This document shows positions 1 through 10,097 of a stretch of DNA of 64,000 nt, piece after piece. Within the stretch, counting starts at the first letter, position 1; every line of letters starts with the position of its first letter. The stretch comes from Candidatus Dormiibacterota bacterium. GTDB taxonomy: Bacteria > Chloroflexota > Dormibacteria > Aeolococcales > Aeolococcaceae. The stretch is taken from NCBI GenBank assembly GCA_027365835.1, contig DAHXLU010000097.1, positions 3,096 through 67,095 on the forward strand, written 5' to 3'. Below the pieces are notes generated by a model that did no database searches, was not told the origin of the DNA, and worked only from the letters and a program-made list of their open reading frames with translations. The translations under genes and the position numbers were made by a program.

Positions 1-668
1 GCACTCCACTAACATCCATCCGGGGATATCTGGACGTGCTTCAAAGAGGAGCGGTCAGCGATACAGCAACCATGACCAGGGCTGTAGATCACATGCATCG
101 TCACGTTGAAAGGATGTCGACCATTCTCGCAAACCTGTTGCAGCTTGCCCGCATCGATGCCAAAAGCAAGGATCAGGATGTTGCAGATCTGAACCAGGCA
201 GTCACCACCGCCATGTCCCTGGTACCAGCTTCACTAGCAAGGCTTGCCGTGCTGGAGCTGACCCCAGCGCCACTTCTGGTCCGGGCCAGTATGAGCGAAC
301 TGGAGTCGGTCGTGCAAAACCTGTTCGACAATGCATGCAAATATGCCCCAGGAAGCAGGCAGCACTGGAAGACCACGGCAGACAGGGATACTGCCATCCT
401 GGAGGTTGCAGATGATGGTCCTGGTATCAATAGCGCTGAGCAAGCGCACATATTTGAGCGATTCTACCGGGGCACCCAGCCACAGACAGCGCCGGAAGGC
501 ACTGGACTGGGACTTGCCATTGTAGCTGCTGTGGCGAGAGCCTCAGGAGGTGACGCCCAGGTTTTCTCTCCAGGGCCAGGAGGAAAGGGCGCAGTGTTCC
601 AGATCAGCTTCGGCCTGGCACCAGCCAAGGCTGCAGATATTCCCGCGCACGACCAGGCAAGCCAATAA
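1..668 (+). CDS. sensor histidine kinase, C-terminal part (5' end lies outside the window)
   Basis: The frame is open from nt 3. It reads TPLTSIRGYLD (tail of the HisKA H-box), then HATPase_c motifs DNACKYAP, DDGPGI and GTGLGLAIV. Stop is TAA at 666-668. Confidence 0.9.
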   Translation, partial: TPLTSIRGYLDVLQRGAVSDTATMTRAVDHMHRHVERMSTILANLLQLARIDAKSKDQDVADLNQAVTTAMSLVPASLARLAVLELTPAPLLVRASMSELESVVQNLFDNACKYAPGSRQHWKTTADRDTAILEVADDGPGINSAEQAHIFERFYRGTQPQTAPEGTGLGLAIVAAVARASGGDAQVFSPGPGGKGAVFQISFGLAPAKAADIPAHDQASQ

Positions 669-701
669 ATAACATACAGCTGCTCTTTACAACTGCACTC
701 T

Positions 702-2039
702 CTACGGCGCCTTCTCCACACGATCATCCTGCATCCATCGCACCACCAGATAGCCTATCAACAGAAGCACCAGCAGCTCTGGAGCCAGCGGAAATGGCCA
801 GCGGAGTACTACCCCAAAATCAATAGGCTTGCCGGAACGGTGCGCTGCCGGGGCGACCTGCCCTGGCGTTGCTGGCACTGAAGGTGTTGGCCCGGGCACT
901 ACGACGGCTGGCGCGCTCGCAGACGGGATTACACTCACTGGCGCTGGTGCGGTGCGATCAACATAGGGATAGACAATCGCCTGCCCGGAAGGGAGGTTGA
1001 CGCCTATCACCAGTAGCGGTGGGCCGCCATTGGCTACAGAGATCACCTCCACTTCCTGGTGAGACTGCAGAATGCCTGCCTCCAGTGGAGTGAAGGTCGC
1101 ACCTCCATCGGTGGAGCGGAAAAGACCGGGACCGGTCGGTGTGCTCCCTTGCCAGTCATCTCCTGCATAAACAACATTCGGATTTTCAGGATCGAAAGTC
1201 AGGGTCGAAAAATTTACTGTCACTCCAGATGGCAATCCGTTGACCTTGGACGCTGTCCACGACGTTCCATTGTCTGTCGACACAAACGTACCAAGACTGG
1301 TGGCTACCAGGACCGGCGCAGGGACTCCTGCCTGTCCAACTGGACCCACCGCGAGCGATGAAACCGTAGCCTGTGCGGGAAGCCCATTCTGGAGCGGTGA
1401 CCACGCTGTGCTAGTCCCCACAGACTTGAACAGGAAACCATTATTTTCAGGGCCCGCGTCAACACCCGCCATAATCGTGAGTGGCTGGGAGCCAACTATT
1501 GCGATGGCACTTATACTGTATGAGGCAAGACCAGAAAAACTCCACGGACCGCCAGTAGCAGACAGGAACACCCCATTATTGGTTCCCAGGGCCGCCACCT
1601 TCCCAACTACTGAGATGTCCCTGACATCCAGGTTTGAAAGTCCCCCGTTATCACCCTGCCAGCTGCTTCCAGCATTGGGGCTAAGGTAGACGCCTCTCCC
1701 AGCTGTCCCGGCCAGGACGGTACCGCCCGTCGACAGAAATGCCACTGCCCAGACACGTACACCACTCAGTCCCTCATGAGTCCAGGCCACTCCACCATTC
1801 ACGCTTCTGTATATGCCGTTGTCTGTCCCTGCAATCAGGATCGAAGCACTTGCAGGATCTGCTGCTATGGTCCAGACACGACCGTACTTCAGCCCAGAAA
1901 AAGTATAGCCAGGCAGGGTTGACGCGAGGGTAGCAGCAGGTACCACAAACAAAGACAGTGCAAACAGACACACCACCAGCACCATGTTCCGCCAGAGCGA
2001 GCTTCTGCTGCCCGCGCTACTGCGCAAAGAAGACTGCAT
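702..2039 (-). CDS. secreted, membrane-anchored Asp-box (BNR / Ycf48-like beta-propeller) repeat protein
   Basis: Repeated Asp-box-like motifs are present (SVNGGVAWT, STDNGTSWT, RSTDGGATFT). A signal/TM segment follows the Met at 2039 (LVVCLFALSLFVV) and there is a C-terminal TM (LLVLLLIGYLVV). The ORF track allows a start as far up as 2129. Confidence 0.7.
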   Translation of the reverse strand: MQSSLRSSAGSRSSLWRNMVLVVCLFALSLFVVPAATLASTLPGYTFSGLKYGRVWTIAADPASASILIAGTDNGIYRSVNGGVAWTHEGLSGVRVWAVAFLSTGGTVLAGTAGRGVYLSPNAGSSWQGDNGGLSNLDVRDISVVGKVAALGTNNGVFLSATGGPWSFSGLASYSISAIAIVGSQPLTIMAGVDAGPENNGFLFKSVGTSTAWSPLQNGLPAQATVSSLAVGPVGQAGVPAPVLVATSLGTFVSTDNGTSWTASKVNGLPSGVTVNFSTLTFDPENPNVVYAGDDWQGSTPTGPGLFRSTDGGATFTPLEAGILQSHQEVEVISVANGGPPLLVIGVNLPSGQAIVYPYVDRTAPAPVSVIPSASAPAVVVPGPTPSVPATPGQVAPAAHRSGKPIDFGVVLRWPFPLAPELLVLLLIGYLVVRWMQDDRVEKAP

Positions 2040-2244
2040 AGGCAAACAGAATACCAGCCCTGACGCATCCTGGGAGCAGTTCTCCACATATCGCATATTA
2101 CAAAAGGCAACACCTTCAGCCAAATGCATCGAGCTTCAAATTCCGGAAAGGAGACTACGGGTTACCACGCCGATGATGACAAGCTGCCACCAGCTGGGCC
2201 GGATGATGGCCGCTCCCGATAACAGCGCTGCTGTCTCCCCCGAC

Positions 2245-2250
2245 TAGAAT
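2245..2250 (+). promoter_or_regulatory. candidate -10 box (TAGAAT) of a leaderless transcript starting at ATG 2257
   Basis: TAGAAT is followed by 6 nt (tgttcc) and then the ATG. No SD is present. Confidence 0.45.
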
Positions 2251-2256
2251 TGTTCC

Positions 2257-3129
2257 ATGCTGGTTCCCGGAAGTAGCTCCGCCAGGCGTGGCTGCAACAA
2301 CAGACAGAGCATGTACAGCATGTTCACCCTGGGTATCTGGATCTGTGCATTTGCCACCGTGCTTCTCCTCCCCAGGATAGTCATGGACCCAAACGGAGTA
2401 GACCCTTTTCTTCTTCGACTGAGCGCGCTTGGGCTGTTATGGATAGCTGTTTGCAGTCTCCCGGCAGCGCGACCCCAGCTGCCGCTCGCATTGTCTGTAA
2501 CTGCAATTATCCTCCCGTACAGCTGCTACCTGGCTGGCCCCTCCCTGGCAGCCCGGATCGGCTGGAGCAGCCCGGCCCTGTCGCTTGGACTGGGGGGGAT
2601 ACTTGAGCTCTGTACCACCCTGGCACTGCTCGCTGCGCTTCTTGCCACCAACGCAACCCCAGGCATCTGGCGCCGTATCTCACTGCGGCGTATCCTCCCA
2701 TATGGAACCGGGCTTGCTGGATGCGTGGTCCTGACCCTTATCCTCCTTCTCGTGCCAGCTGTGCCACTGGGACGCCTTGGAATCGCAACCCTCTCTCTCC
2801 ACCAGAATGGATGGGGCTACTTGCTGGGTGATGGGTTCCAGGGCATTGCCCAGGAGATTGCATTTCGGGCCATGCTGCTGTCGGTCCTCGAAAGGAGCAT
2901 GTCCCGCTCCCATGCCAATCTTCTCCAGGCAGGCATCTTCTCGCTCGCCCACCTGGCAGTGCAATATGAGGGGCCGTCGCTTCCCCTGCTCCCGCTGACA
3001 CTCCTGCTCGGCCTTCTGCTTGGGTGGATCACGCAAAAACTGGAAAGCGTCTGGGCCGCGGCCATCATCCACGGGTTCCTGGACGTAGCAATAGATATCG
3101 GAATTCTCCCGGGGCTGTACGGTGGGTAA
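2257..3129 (+). CDS. CPBP family intramembrane metalloprotease (CAAX protease / Abi-like)
   Basis: The protein is polytopic and hydrophobic. It carries CPBP motifs AQEIAFRAML (ExxxR), FSLAHL and IIHGFLD. Confidence 0.8.
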   Translation: MLVPGSSSARRGCNNRQSMYSMFTLGIWICAFATVLLLPRIVMDPNGVDPFLLRLSALGLLWIAVCSLPAARPQLPLALSVTAIILPYSCYLAGPSLAARIGWSSPALSLGLGGILELCTTLALLAALLATNATPGIWRRISLRRILPYGTGLAGCVVLTLILLLVPAVPLGRLGIATLSLHQNGWGYLLGDGFQGIAQEIAFRAMLLSVLERSMSRSHANLLQAGIFSLAHLAVQYEGPSLPLLPLTLLLGLLLGWITQKLESVWAAAIIHGFLDVAIDIGILPGLYGG

Positions 3130-3946
3130 CAGCATCATGGACTCCCATAACTCCCAATGGACATCCCGCCGACTATTCTGGCCCGTACTGGCCCTGCCTT
3201 TCCTGATCCTGACTGCCTCACCCGCCCTCGCTGGATCTCCTGCAGTATCCGCTGCCCACTGGTGGACTGCCGTCGCCCTCAATGGTCGCTCTGTAGAGGA
3301 GCTCGTATACTCCAGCGGACTCATGTATGCAGAGAGTGACGGCACCTGGTGGGCTCTCTCTGCGAGTGGAGCAAAGAAAAGTACTGCACCAGACTGCACC
3401 AGGCAGATGCCGTGCCAGACCGACGTAAGGGTCCCAGGTACAGCTTTCTACGTTGCTCAGCCTGGAAGCGCATCGCCAGCACGTGCGTCTGGTGCAACCG
3501 TTTCCTGTCTGCGGAATCATGCATGGGTCAACTGCCTTCTGCTGTTACCAGCAGGTGGGTTAAGCGCTCCTCCAGCCATTACCGGACTATCCGCATTCCG
3601 CAAAGGATCTCAAGCCCTGTATCTGGCCACCTACGGCTATGGCGTACTTACCTCACCAGACGATGGTACAACCTGGCTCTCCACCAGTAATGGCCTTCCC
3701 CTGGACGTGAATACCGTTCTCGCCGATCCGCGAAACCAGACCGTCTACGCCGCCACCAGCCGCGGAGTATTTGCCCACCACCTGGCACCGCTGCCAGCAC
3801 CGCCCAATTATCCTGCCACCGCTCTTGCGCGCAACGCACTGCTGCTCACTGGGCTGACTGTCATAACCGGAATCCTGGCGGCTGCTGTGACTGTCATACT
3901 GGGAAAGAGGCAGCAAAAGCATGGTCCTGCCGGGCACTACAGTTAA
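3122..3946 (+). CDS. hypothetical exported protein with an Asp-box-like motif and a C-terminal TM anchor
   Basis: There is a signal-like N-terminus (LFWPVLALPFLILTASPALA), the motif SPDDGTTWLSTSNG and a C-terminal TM (LLLTGLTVITGILAAAV). It overlaps the CPBP stop by 8 nt. An alternative start is at 3137. Confidence 0.6.
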   Translation: MGNSIMDSHNSQWTSRRLFWPVLALPFLILTASPALAGSPAVSAAHWWTAVALNGRSVEELVYSSGLMYAESDGTWWALSASGAKKSTAPDCTRQMPCQTDVRVPGTAFYVAQPGSASPARASGATVSCLRNHAWVNCLLLLPAGGLSAPPAITGLSAFRKGSQALYLATYGYGVLTSPDDGTTWLSTSNGLPLDVNTVLADPRNQTVYAATSRGVFAHHLAPLPAPPNYPATALARNALLLTGLTVITGILAAAVTVILGKRQQKHGPAGHYS

Positions 3947-4038
3947 GAAGCCGCCCACCAGGCGGTCCGGTGCTTTAGCGGCGCTTGAAACGGTTCGCAC
4001 CGGTATTGCGGTCGTGTCGCCAGGAGGAAAGTGACGGA

Positions 4039-6081
4039 ATGCCCCTATTGCGTGAGACAAAAGACCGTACCGGGTCGCTTTATCTGCGCCAGCACGCAGA
4101 CAATCCCGTGGACTGGTATCTGTGGGCAGATGATGCTTTTGCGCTCGCCGCGACGCAGCAAAAACCTATCTTCCTGAGCATTGGCTACAGTTCCTGCCAC
4201 TGGTGCCACGTAATGGAGCGTGAGTCGTTCTCCAATCAGGAGACTGCTGCCATCCTCAACGAGCACTTCGTCTCTATCAAGGTGGACCGGGAAGAGCGGC
4301 CGGATCTGGACGCCCTTTATATGCAGGCGGCAATCCTCCTTTCGGGTGTCGCAGGATGGCCGCTGTCTTTATTCCTGGATGACCAGCTGCTACCTTTTTT
4401 TGCGGGGGGCTACTTTCCTCCGGTGGAAAGACCAGGCCTGCCCGCGTTTCCAGCCCTGCTCCAGGCAGTCACACGGGCGTACAGGCAGGACCGGCAAGCG
4501 GCGCATGCGACCGGCCAGAGATTGCTGCAGCAGCTTGTTCCGCCAAAACTTCCTGTCTCCACACTCTCGGGCAAGCTGCTGCTGGATGCCGCCGACAAAC
4601 TTGTTGGGCTTGAGGACAAAAGCCACGGGGGCTTTGATGGAGCTCCCAAATTCCCACACGCCGTAGCGCTGGACCTGCTGCTGACTATGGGACAGTTGAC
4701 CAGGCAGGAAACGTATACAAATCTGGCAGAAAGGGCCCTTACCGCCATGGCAAAGGGAGCCATCTTTGATCCGGTAGACGGCGGCTTTCACCGATACGCC
4801 ACCGATGCCGCATGGAGAATCCCGCACTTCGAAAAGATGCTGTATGACAATGCGCTGCTCGCACGAACCTACCTGCATGCATATATGGCCACCAGCGCTC
4901 CACTGTATCGTGTGACGTGTGAAAGGACACTGGATTACGTTCTGGAGCGCCTCGCCGTAAAAGGTGGGTTTGGTGCCAGCGAGGACGCTGACTCGACGCT
5001 GGGGGAAGGTGGATTCTATCGCTGGAGCAGGGAAGAGCTTAACTCCTGTCTTGGCACGGATCCGGAGCTCGAGAGGGCTGGCCTTTTTGTGTGGGACAAG
5101 GAGAGCGGACTCATAACCCAGCGACTGGCGCTTCACGAACTGGCAAAAACTATAGGTACCGGGCCTGCCGAAACAGCGCAGCGGCTCATAGCGATGCAGC
5201 GAAGGCTGAAAGACGCCCGCAACCTACGGCCCCGGCCACTGATGGACCCAAAGCGCGTGACCAGCTGGAACATGCTCATGGCCCAGGTCCTGATAGAAGC
5301 TGGCAGTTTCCTGGAAGAAGAGCGTTACATAAAAGCCGCCCAGACAAGCGTGACTGACATAGTGGAGATATGGCAGACCAGCAGAACGGTCCCACACTGC
5401 ATCTACCCAGACCAGTCCACTACTCCGGGCCTGCTTGAGGACTGGACTGCTGCCGCACTTGCCCTGCTGGCGGTGGCACAGCATGCTGGAGACAAGTCAT
5501 ATCTCCTCCATTGCACCGAGATTGCGCAGACTATGGCGAAGCAATTCGGACCAGTGAACAATCCGGACGGGCGCTGGCTTGACGCAATACCCAGGGCTGA
5601 TCTGATTACTGCTCCATTCATGGTGGATGACCTGCCCACCCCATCGGGGAGAAGTCAGGCCGCACTGCTCTTTGCAAAACTTGCAACCATTACTGGCGAC
5701 GCACACTGGCAGGCACTGGGAGAAGCGCTTGCCGGACAGCTTTGCAGTGCGATTGGCAAGTCGCCGCTCTCCTTGCCTGCAATGGCACAGACCGTCCTGG
5801 CTCTCCTTGGCGAGCGCAGGGTAGTCATTACTCCGACCCCCACACCCACAAACAGGTCACAGCGCCTGCTGGCCGAAAGCTGGCTTGATCCCGGCCTCCT
5901 CTGTATCCCACAGACGCTGGCCACCTCCCTGGAGTCGCTACCAGCCACACAGGATGCCATGTACTCGGCAACTGGGCAAAATACGGTCCAGCTGTGCATC
6001 GGCAACCAATGTCTGCTGCCTGCAGACAATGTCCGCCTCCTTGCCACGCAACTGGAAGCCGCAAACCCGTTGGCAGTATAA
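4039..6081 (+). CDS. thioredoxin-domain protein of the DUF255 / YyaL (spermatogenesis-associated protein 20-like) family
   Basis: The N-terminal motif is [19 protein letters not shown] long alpha-toroid-like C-terminal region follows. AGGAGGA lies 10 nt upstream of the ATG at 4039. Confidence 0.85.
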   Translation: MPLLRETKDRTGSLYLRQHADNPVDWYLWADDAFALAATQQKPIFLSIGYSSCHWCHVMERESFSNQETAAILNEHFVSIKVDREERPDLDALYMQAAILLSGVAGWPLSLFLDDQLLPFFAGGYFPPVERPGLPAFPALLQAVTRAYRQDRQAAHATGQRLLQQLVPPKLPVSTLSGKLLLDAADKLVGLEDKSHGGFDGAPKFPHAVALDLLLTMGQLTRQETYTNLAERALTAMAKGAIFDPVDGGFHRYATDAAWRIPHFEKMLYDNALLARTYLHAYMATSAPLYRVTCERTLDYVLERLAVKGGFGASEDADSTLGEGGFYRWSREELNSCLGTDPELERAGLFVWDKESGLITQRLALHELAKTIGTGPAETAQRLIAMQRRLKDARNLRPRPLMDPKRVTSWNMLMAQVLIEAGSFLEEERYIKAAQTSVTDIVEIWQTSRTVPHCIYPDQSTTPGLLEDWTAAALALLAVAQHAGDKSYLLHCTEIAQTMAKQFGPVNNPDGRWLDAIPRADLITAPFMVDDLPTPSGRSQAALLFAKLATITGDAHWQALGEALAGQLCSAIGKSPLSLPAMAQTVLALLGERRVVITPTPTPTNRSQRLLAESWLDPGLLCIPQTLATSLESLPATQDAMYSATGQNTVQLCIGNQCLLPADNVRLLATQLEAANPLAV

Positions 6082-6215
6082 CCTCATGGTTCCTGGGCCA
6101 CTAATCACCCATTATTTGGCGAAGAGTTGCGGTTGATTGGGTTCCCACTGTCCGTGCGTCTGTCCGCGCACCTCTGCTACGGTTTCAGCACGAGACGGAT
6201 CAAGGAGGCAAGGGC

Positions 6216-6674
6216 GTGACCAGGAACACTCAGGCTGACATAATGCTCCGGATGGTGCTCCGCAAGCTGAAGGCTGATCCCGCGGCTATCGCCTGGGATG
6301 AACTCGGATCTCGTCACCACAACGGAACATTCTCGCGATTCTCGCGCAACGGAACAATTTCTATCGCTGGAGTCACGTTCAAGGTCAGCGCAGTGGAGGT
6401 ACATGACGTCTCACTGGTAAACGGACCGGAAACAAGGATCTCCTCAAGTATCTCCTTAGGGGAGCTTCCCAAGCCTGGTATCTACCGTAAGCGCGATATT
6501 CCACTCCGGTCCTCTAATCCCCTATTAAACTGGCAGATCCACCGGGCTGTCCGTGCGTCATACCTGGATTTCGGGAAACAGCTGAAAAGGCGTGAGCAAG
6601 ATGCAACGCAGAAAGCAATAGGGGATGCACTCGGCAAGATGACGGGAATGGAAAAGGGCCAGGCACTCGCCTGA
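6216..6674 (+). CDS. hypothetical protein
   Basis: 152-codon ORF with a GTG start preceded by AAGGAGG at good spacing. I recognise no family. Confidence 0.5.
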   Translation: MTRNTQADIMLRMVLRKLKADPAAIAWDELGSRHHNGTFSRFSRNGTISIAGVTFKVSAVEVHDVSLVNGPETRISSSISLGELPKPGIYRKRDIPLRSSNPLLNWQIHRAVRASYLDFGKQLKRREQDATQKAIGDALGKMTGMEKGQALA

Positions 6675-6863
6675 GGCCGCATCCAGGCTGGGCACGCAGA
6701 TAAGGCACCTTTAGGTCTGCAAGGCGCTCCTGGCTCCACTCCCATGGACCAGCTATCTTGTGTCGCATTGTTATCTATGCTTTGCAGTTTGGCACGGATC
6801 ACCGATGCTCCAAAGGTGAGGATCCACGCGGCAGTACGCTGTCAGAGTCAAGGTGCAGGATGG

Positions 6864-7112
6864 TCAGGAAACGTATCTGCGAACTCGCGTTGACAGCTGA
6901 ATGCCACACTCCTTCAGCAGGGAGAAAACAGCGTATCGGTCACCTTTCGTTCCCAGCTTGGATGGGAACTCCATCTGGTCGCGGATGGCAACCGTAGTAC
7001 AGGGGACGACCCTGGTAAAGTTCTTCGCACCAGGTTCAGCAGTCAGAACGAAACAACGGCCTTGCCCAGGGGGAGTGCAAAATCCCCGGCTGATCCGGCC
7101 CCATCCTGAACG
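6864..7112 (-). pseudogene. MazF/PemK-like toxin remnant without a start codon
   Basis: An 82-codon open frame starts immediately after, and in frame with, the hutH TAG. It reads GRISRGFCTPPGQGRCFVLTAEPGAKNFTRVVPCTTVAIRDQMEFPSKL. The E. coli MazF motifs (G..RP..VLS ... CVPCTT) are recalled from memory. There is no ATG/GTG/TTG and no antitoxin gene upstream. Confidence 0.5.
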
Positions 7113-8642
7113 CTACATCCGTGGCGCCAGCACTGATGCGACAAGTGTTCTCGTGTCTTCTTCCTGCATCCACTTGTCCGCCTGTTCCAGCAGTGGGGCT
7201 ACAAACTCGTCACCAGGCATCGTGGGAACATGCTGGCGCAAAGAGTTGAGGATAGCTCCAGTTCCCGGAGCAGGCGAAAGCGGTTTTCGCAACTCGAGTG
7301 CCTGTGCTCCGAGCACAAGCTCTATCGCCAGAGTGTGACGCAGGAAGGATATCGCAGAGCGGGTCCGCAGGGCTCCTCCCCATCCCATCGAAACGTGATC
7401 CTCCTGGCCTGCACTGGTTACTGCACTATGGACAGAAAACGGTGTCGCCAGGTGACGCAATCTGGCAACACAGTCAGCCGCTGTATATTGCGCAATCATG
7501 AAGCCGCTGTTTATGCCAGGCTCCTTCACAAGGAAAGCCGGAAGGCCATGCGATGTGGCTGGATCGAGCAAGCGAGCAATTCGTCTTTCACTCAAGGCTG
7601 CCACATCGGCCATCACCATTGCCAGAATATCAGCAACATAGGAAAGTGCCTGCCCGTGGAAATTTCCGGCCGATACCAGCGCTTCATCATCAGGAAAAAC
7701 CACCGGGTTATCCACCACGCTGTCCCGTTCCCTTGCCACCACAACTTCAGCAAACTCCAGCTGGTCCCTGGCTGCTCCATGCACCTGAGGCGTACATCTA
7801 AAACTGTAGGCATCCTGTACCAGGTGGTGCGAGGGCTGATGAAATGCGACAACAGGACTTTGATCAAGCAGCTGGCGGAGGTGTCTACCACAGAGCTGCT
7901 GCCCCGGGGACGGACGCAGGGACAATACCCGCTCACCAAATGGAGTGACCGACCCCATGGCGGCCTCAACTGACATTGCGGCAGCCACATCAGCAAAGTC
8001 CATCAAATCCGCCATGTCTGCCAGTGCAAGGGTAAGCAGGCCAGTCATGCCATCGGTGCCGTTGATGAGCCCAAGGCCCTCCTTGGGCTCCAGCAGAAGG
8101 GGCGTAAATCCGTGGCGAGCACAAAAGCTTTCTCCCGCCTCCCTTCTGCCCTCAACCTTCACCCATCCGCTGCCTACCAGGACAGCTGCAATATGTGCCA
8201 GGGGAGCAAGATCCCCTGAAGCTCCAAGAGAACCTTCTGCCGGGACAAAAGGCACCACCCGATCGTTGAGGAGTTGCAAAAGAGCATCCACCACCAGCGG
8301 ACGTACCCCGGACAGCCCAACTGATAGGGTCCGGGCACGCAGCAGCATCATGGCGAGCACAACTTCATCATCAACTGCGTCACCCATGCCTGCCGCGTGG
8401 CTGAGCACCAGAGAGCGCTGCAACGTCCGACGGGCCCCCGCCGGCACAGCAACCGATGCCAGCGCCCCAAACCCTGTTGTTACACCATAGGCAACACTGT
8501 CTGCCTGGTCCAGTCGCTCCACAACCCTGGCGCTTGCGGCCATTGCAGCCCTTGCCTTTTCCCCCAGGGCAACGGTCTGTCCACCCCGAACCACATCCAG
8601 CACATCCTGGCTGCTCAAGGGCCCTCCATCCAGAGTAATCAT
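7113..8642 (-). CDS. hutH: histidine ammonia-lyase
   Basis: 509 aa. The MIO-forming motif is GSLGASGDLAPLAH, and the sequence is collinear with aromatic amino acid lyases over its full length. Confidence 0.92.
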   Translation of the reverse strand: MITLDGGPLSSQDVLDVVRGGQTVALGEKARAAMAASARVVERLDQADSVAYGVTTGFGALASVAVPAGARRTLQRSLVLSHAAGMGDAVDDEVVLAMMLLRARTLSVGLSGVRPLVVDALLQLLNDRVVPFVPAEGSLGASGDLAPLAHIAAVLVGSGWVKVEGRREAGESFCARHGFTPLLLEPKEGLGLINGTDGMTGLLTLALADMADLMDFADVAAAMSVEAAMGSVTPFGERVLSLRPSPGQQLCGRHLRQLLDQSPVVAFHQPSHHLVQDAYSFRCTPQVHGAARDQLEFAEVVVARERDSVVDNPVVFPDDEALVSAGNFHGQALSYVADILAMVMADVAALSERRIARLLDPATSHGLPAFLVKEPGINSGFMIAQYTAADCVARLRHLATPFSVHSAVTSAGQEDHVSMGWGGALRTRSAISFLRHTLAIELVLGAQALELRKPLSPAPGTGAILNSLRQHVPTMPGDEFVAPLLEQADKWMQEEDTRTLVASVLAPRM

Positions 8643-8648
8643 GTCGGT

Positions 8649-8654
8649 AGCCTA
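8649..8654 (-). promoter_or_regulatory. candidate -10 box (TAGGCT) for a leaderless hutH
   Basis: On the minus strand TAGGCT is followed by 6 nt (accgac) and the ATG at 8642. No SD is present. Confidence 0.4.
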
Positions 8655-8770
8655 CCGCTAACGTGCCCCCCTGCGGCAAACCGGATCATTCGCCGTGGCG
8701 GTGGAAAAGCCCACCCAAAGCAGCAGGGCCAGTGCAGGGGCCCCTTTTATATGGGACAATCCTGGCCGGC

Positions 8771-9622
8771 ATGAAGCGACCCCACCCTCTGGAAAGCAGC
8801 ATCCACAGGCTTACCCCTGCAATCGCGACCGCGCTGCTGCTTATCTCCTGTGGCACAGCGTCCCTGCCCTCAACCAGCGCCCTGCTTCGGGGCACTACCC
8901 ATCTCATGCAGCACCAGTCCTACCGCTCAGGGATCCAGGGTGTGATCACCTTTGATACAGGCCATATCTCTGGGCCCCCCTCTCTGGTTGCAGCCCTGCA
9001 GAAAACCTACCGGCAGAAGATAACTGAAAGCGGCACTCTCATAAAGAACCGGCAGGGAGACTACAGCCTCTCCCTGAGCATTACCAACCAGGGGCTCACA
9101 CGGCAGAGCTGTGCGATAGAAGCAGGCACTACCCTGTATTACTCGACCGACTGCAAAACCTACATACCTACGGCTACGAGTGGTCCGAGCCCCCTTATCT
9201 ATCGCTATACCCCGATGTACCTCCTTGCCTCCCTGACAGGAGCCCGGGAAACGGGCCTACCTGGCCGCTCCGGGCCGGGAGAGATCACAGTATCTGGCAA
9301 TCTTGCTTCTACCGCCAGGGCATCGGTCATAGCAGCGACTGCCTCGAGCCTGGGATTCAGCTCCCTGGCCCCAGCCATAACCATCCTGAGCGCGGTGGCA
9401 ACAATGACCATCAATCCGCGAAACTACGAGCCAAGTCAAACCACGCTGACGATAGCGATGGCGGTGCAGGTGGGCCCGCTGCTCCAGGACCTGGTCAACA
9501 ACTCTGGAACAGGAAAACCGATTCCAGACAGATTGCTCCCGCAGGGAGAGCTGGACTTTACCGAAATCATCACCACTCACCCCGGGGGGTTTGGAGGCAA
9601 CTACCCTGTCCACCTTCCCTAA
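8771..9622 (+). CDS. hypothetical lipoprotein
   Basis: A lipobox is present (ALLLISCGTAS) after the Met at 8771. The ORF track start at 8663 would add a non-hydrophobic extension. Confidence 0.6.
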   Translation: MKRPHPLESSIHRLTPAIATALLLISCGTASLPSTSALLRGTTHLMQHQSYRSGIQGVITFDTGHISGPPSLVAALQKTYRQKITESGTLIKNRQGDYSLSLSITNQGLTRQSCAIEAGTTLYYSTDCKTYIPTATSGPSPLIYRYTPMYLLASLTGARETGLPGRSGPGEITVSGNLASTARASVIAATASSLGFSSLAPAITILSAVATMTINPRNYEPSQTTLTIAMAVQVGPLLQDLVNNSGTGKPIPDRLLPQGELDFTEIITTHPGGFGGNYPVHLP

Positions 9623-9806
9623 AGCTGGTCGGGGCCCCCTTCCGGGATAGATACTTCCTTCCGGGCTGCCTTCCGAGATGGTAACCTGTATCTATACCGA
9701 GTGCCCGCAATTGGGCACCCCCCAGTATGCAAGAACAACAGCCTGGAAGTGAAGCTATCCCAACCGGTGCCTCTGATTCCAGGACAGCAACCAGGAGGAA
9801 CCGCAA

Positions 9807-10061
9807 ATGACCATGGCGTCCTCACGACGGAATGAGGGTGGACATCGTCCAGCACCCAGCGGTCTTTCCATGCAAAACGAGACCGGCACCCACGAGGTGG
9901 AGGTGTCCAAGGCGCTGAACCAATGGGCAGTGACCGTGGTAAAACTCCCGGACCGGGAGCTGGTCTGCCAGGATTTCTACTCCCGTCGCTGGGAAGCGGT
10001 GGCGCGAGCAGAGGATTTCATCCGGCTCCTGAACCGCACCGAACCTCCCCGGGGGTGGTAG
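9807..10061 (+). CDS. hypothetical small protein
   Basis: 84 codons. AGGAGG lies 8 nt upstream of the ATG at 9807. Confidence 0.5.
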   Translation: MTMASSRRNEGGHRPAPSGLSMQNETGTHEVEVSKALNQWAVTVVKLPDRELVCQDFYSRRWEAVARAEDFIRLLNRTEPPRGW

Positions 10062-10097
10062 AGGGGTAATTCTGGAGAGGTACCTTCTGCGTGCCCT

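Noticed and set aside
6300-6360. A mirror-like nucleotide pattern, aacggaacattctcgcg / attctcgcgcaacggaaca, encodes NGTFSRFSRNGT inside the 6216-6674 ORF.
   Set aside because: It is short, lies within a CDS and is not a true inverted repeat (the elements are direct in swapped order). I have no basis for assigning a function.
7113-7115. I considered whether TAG is recoded or read through, because the hutH TAG is followed in frame by the MazF-like sequence and the antitoxin relic has an internal TAG at 61832-61834.
   Set aside because: TAG terminates several well-defined genes here at the expected protein ends, for example the Asp-box protein at 702, the helicase at 10685 and the ORF ending at 10061. 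Ordinary stop function plus pseudogenisation is the simpler explanation.
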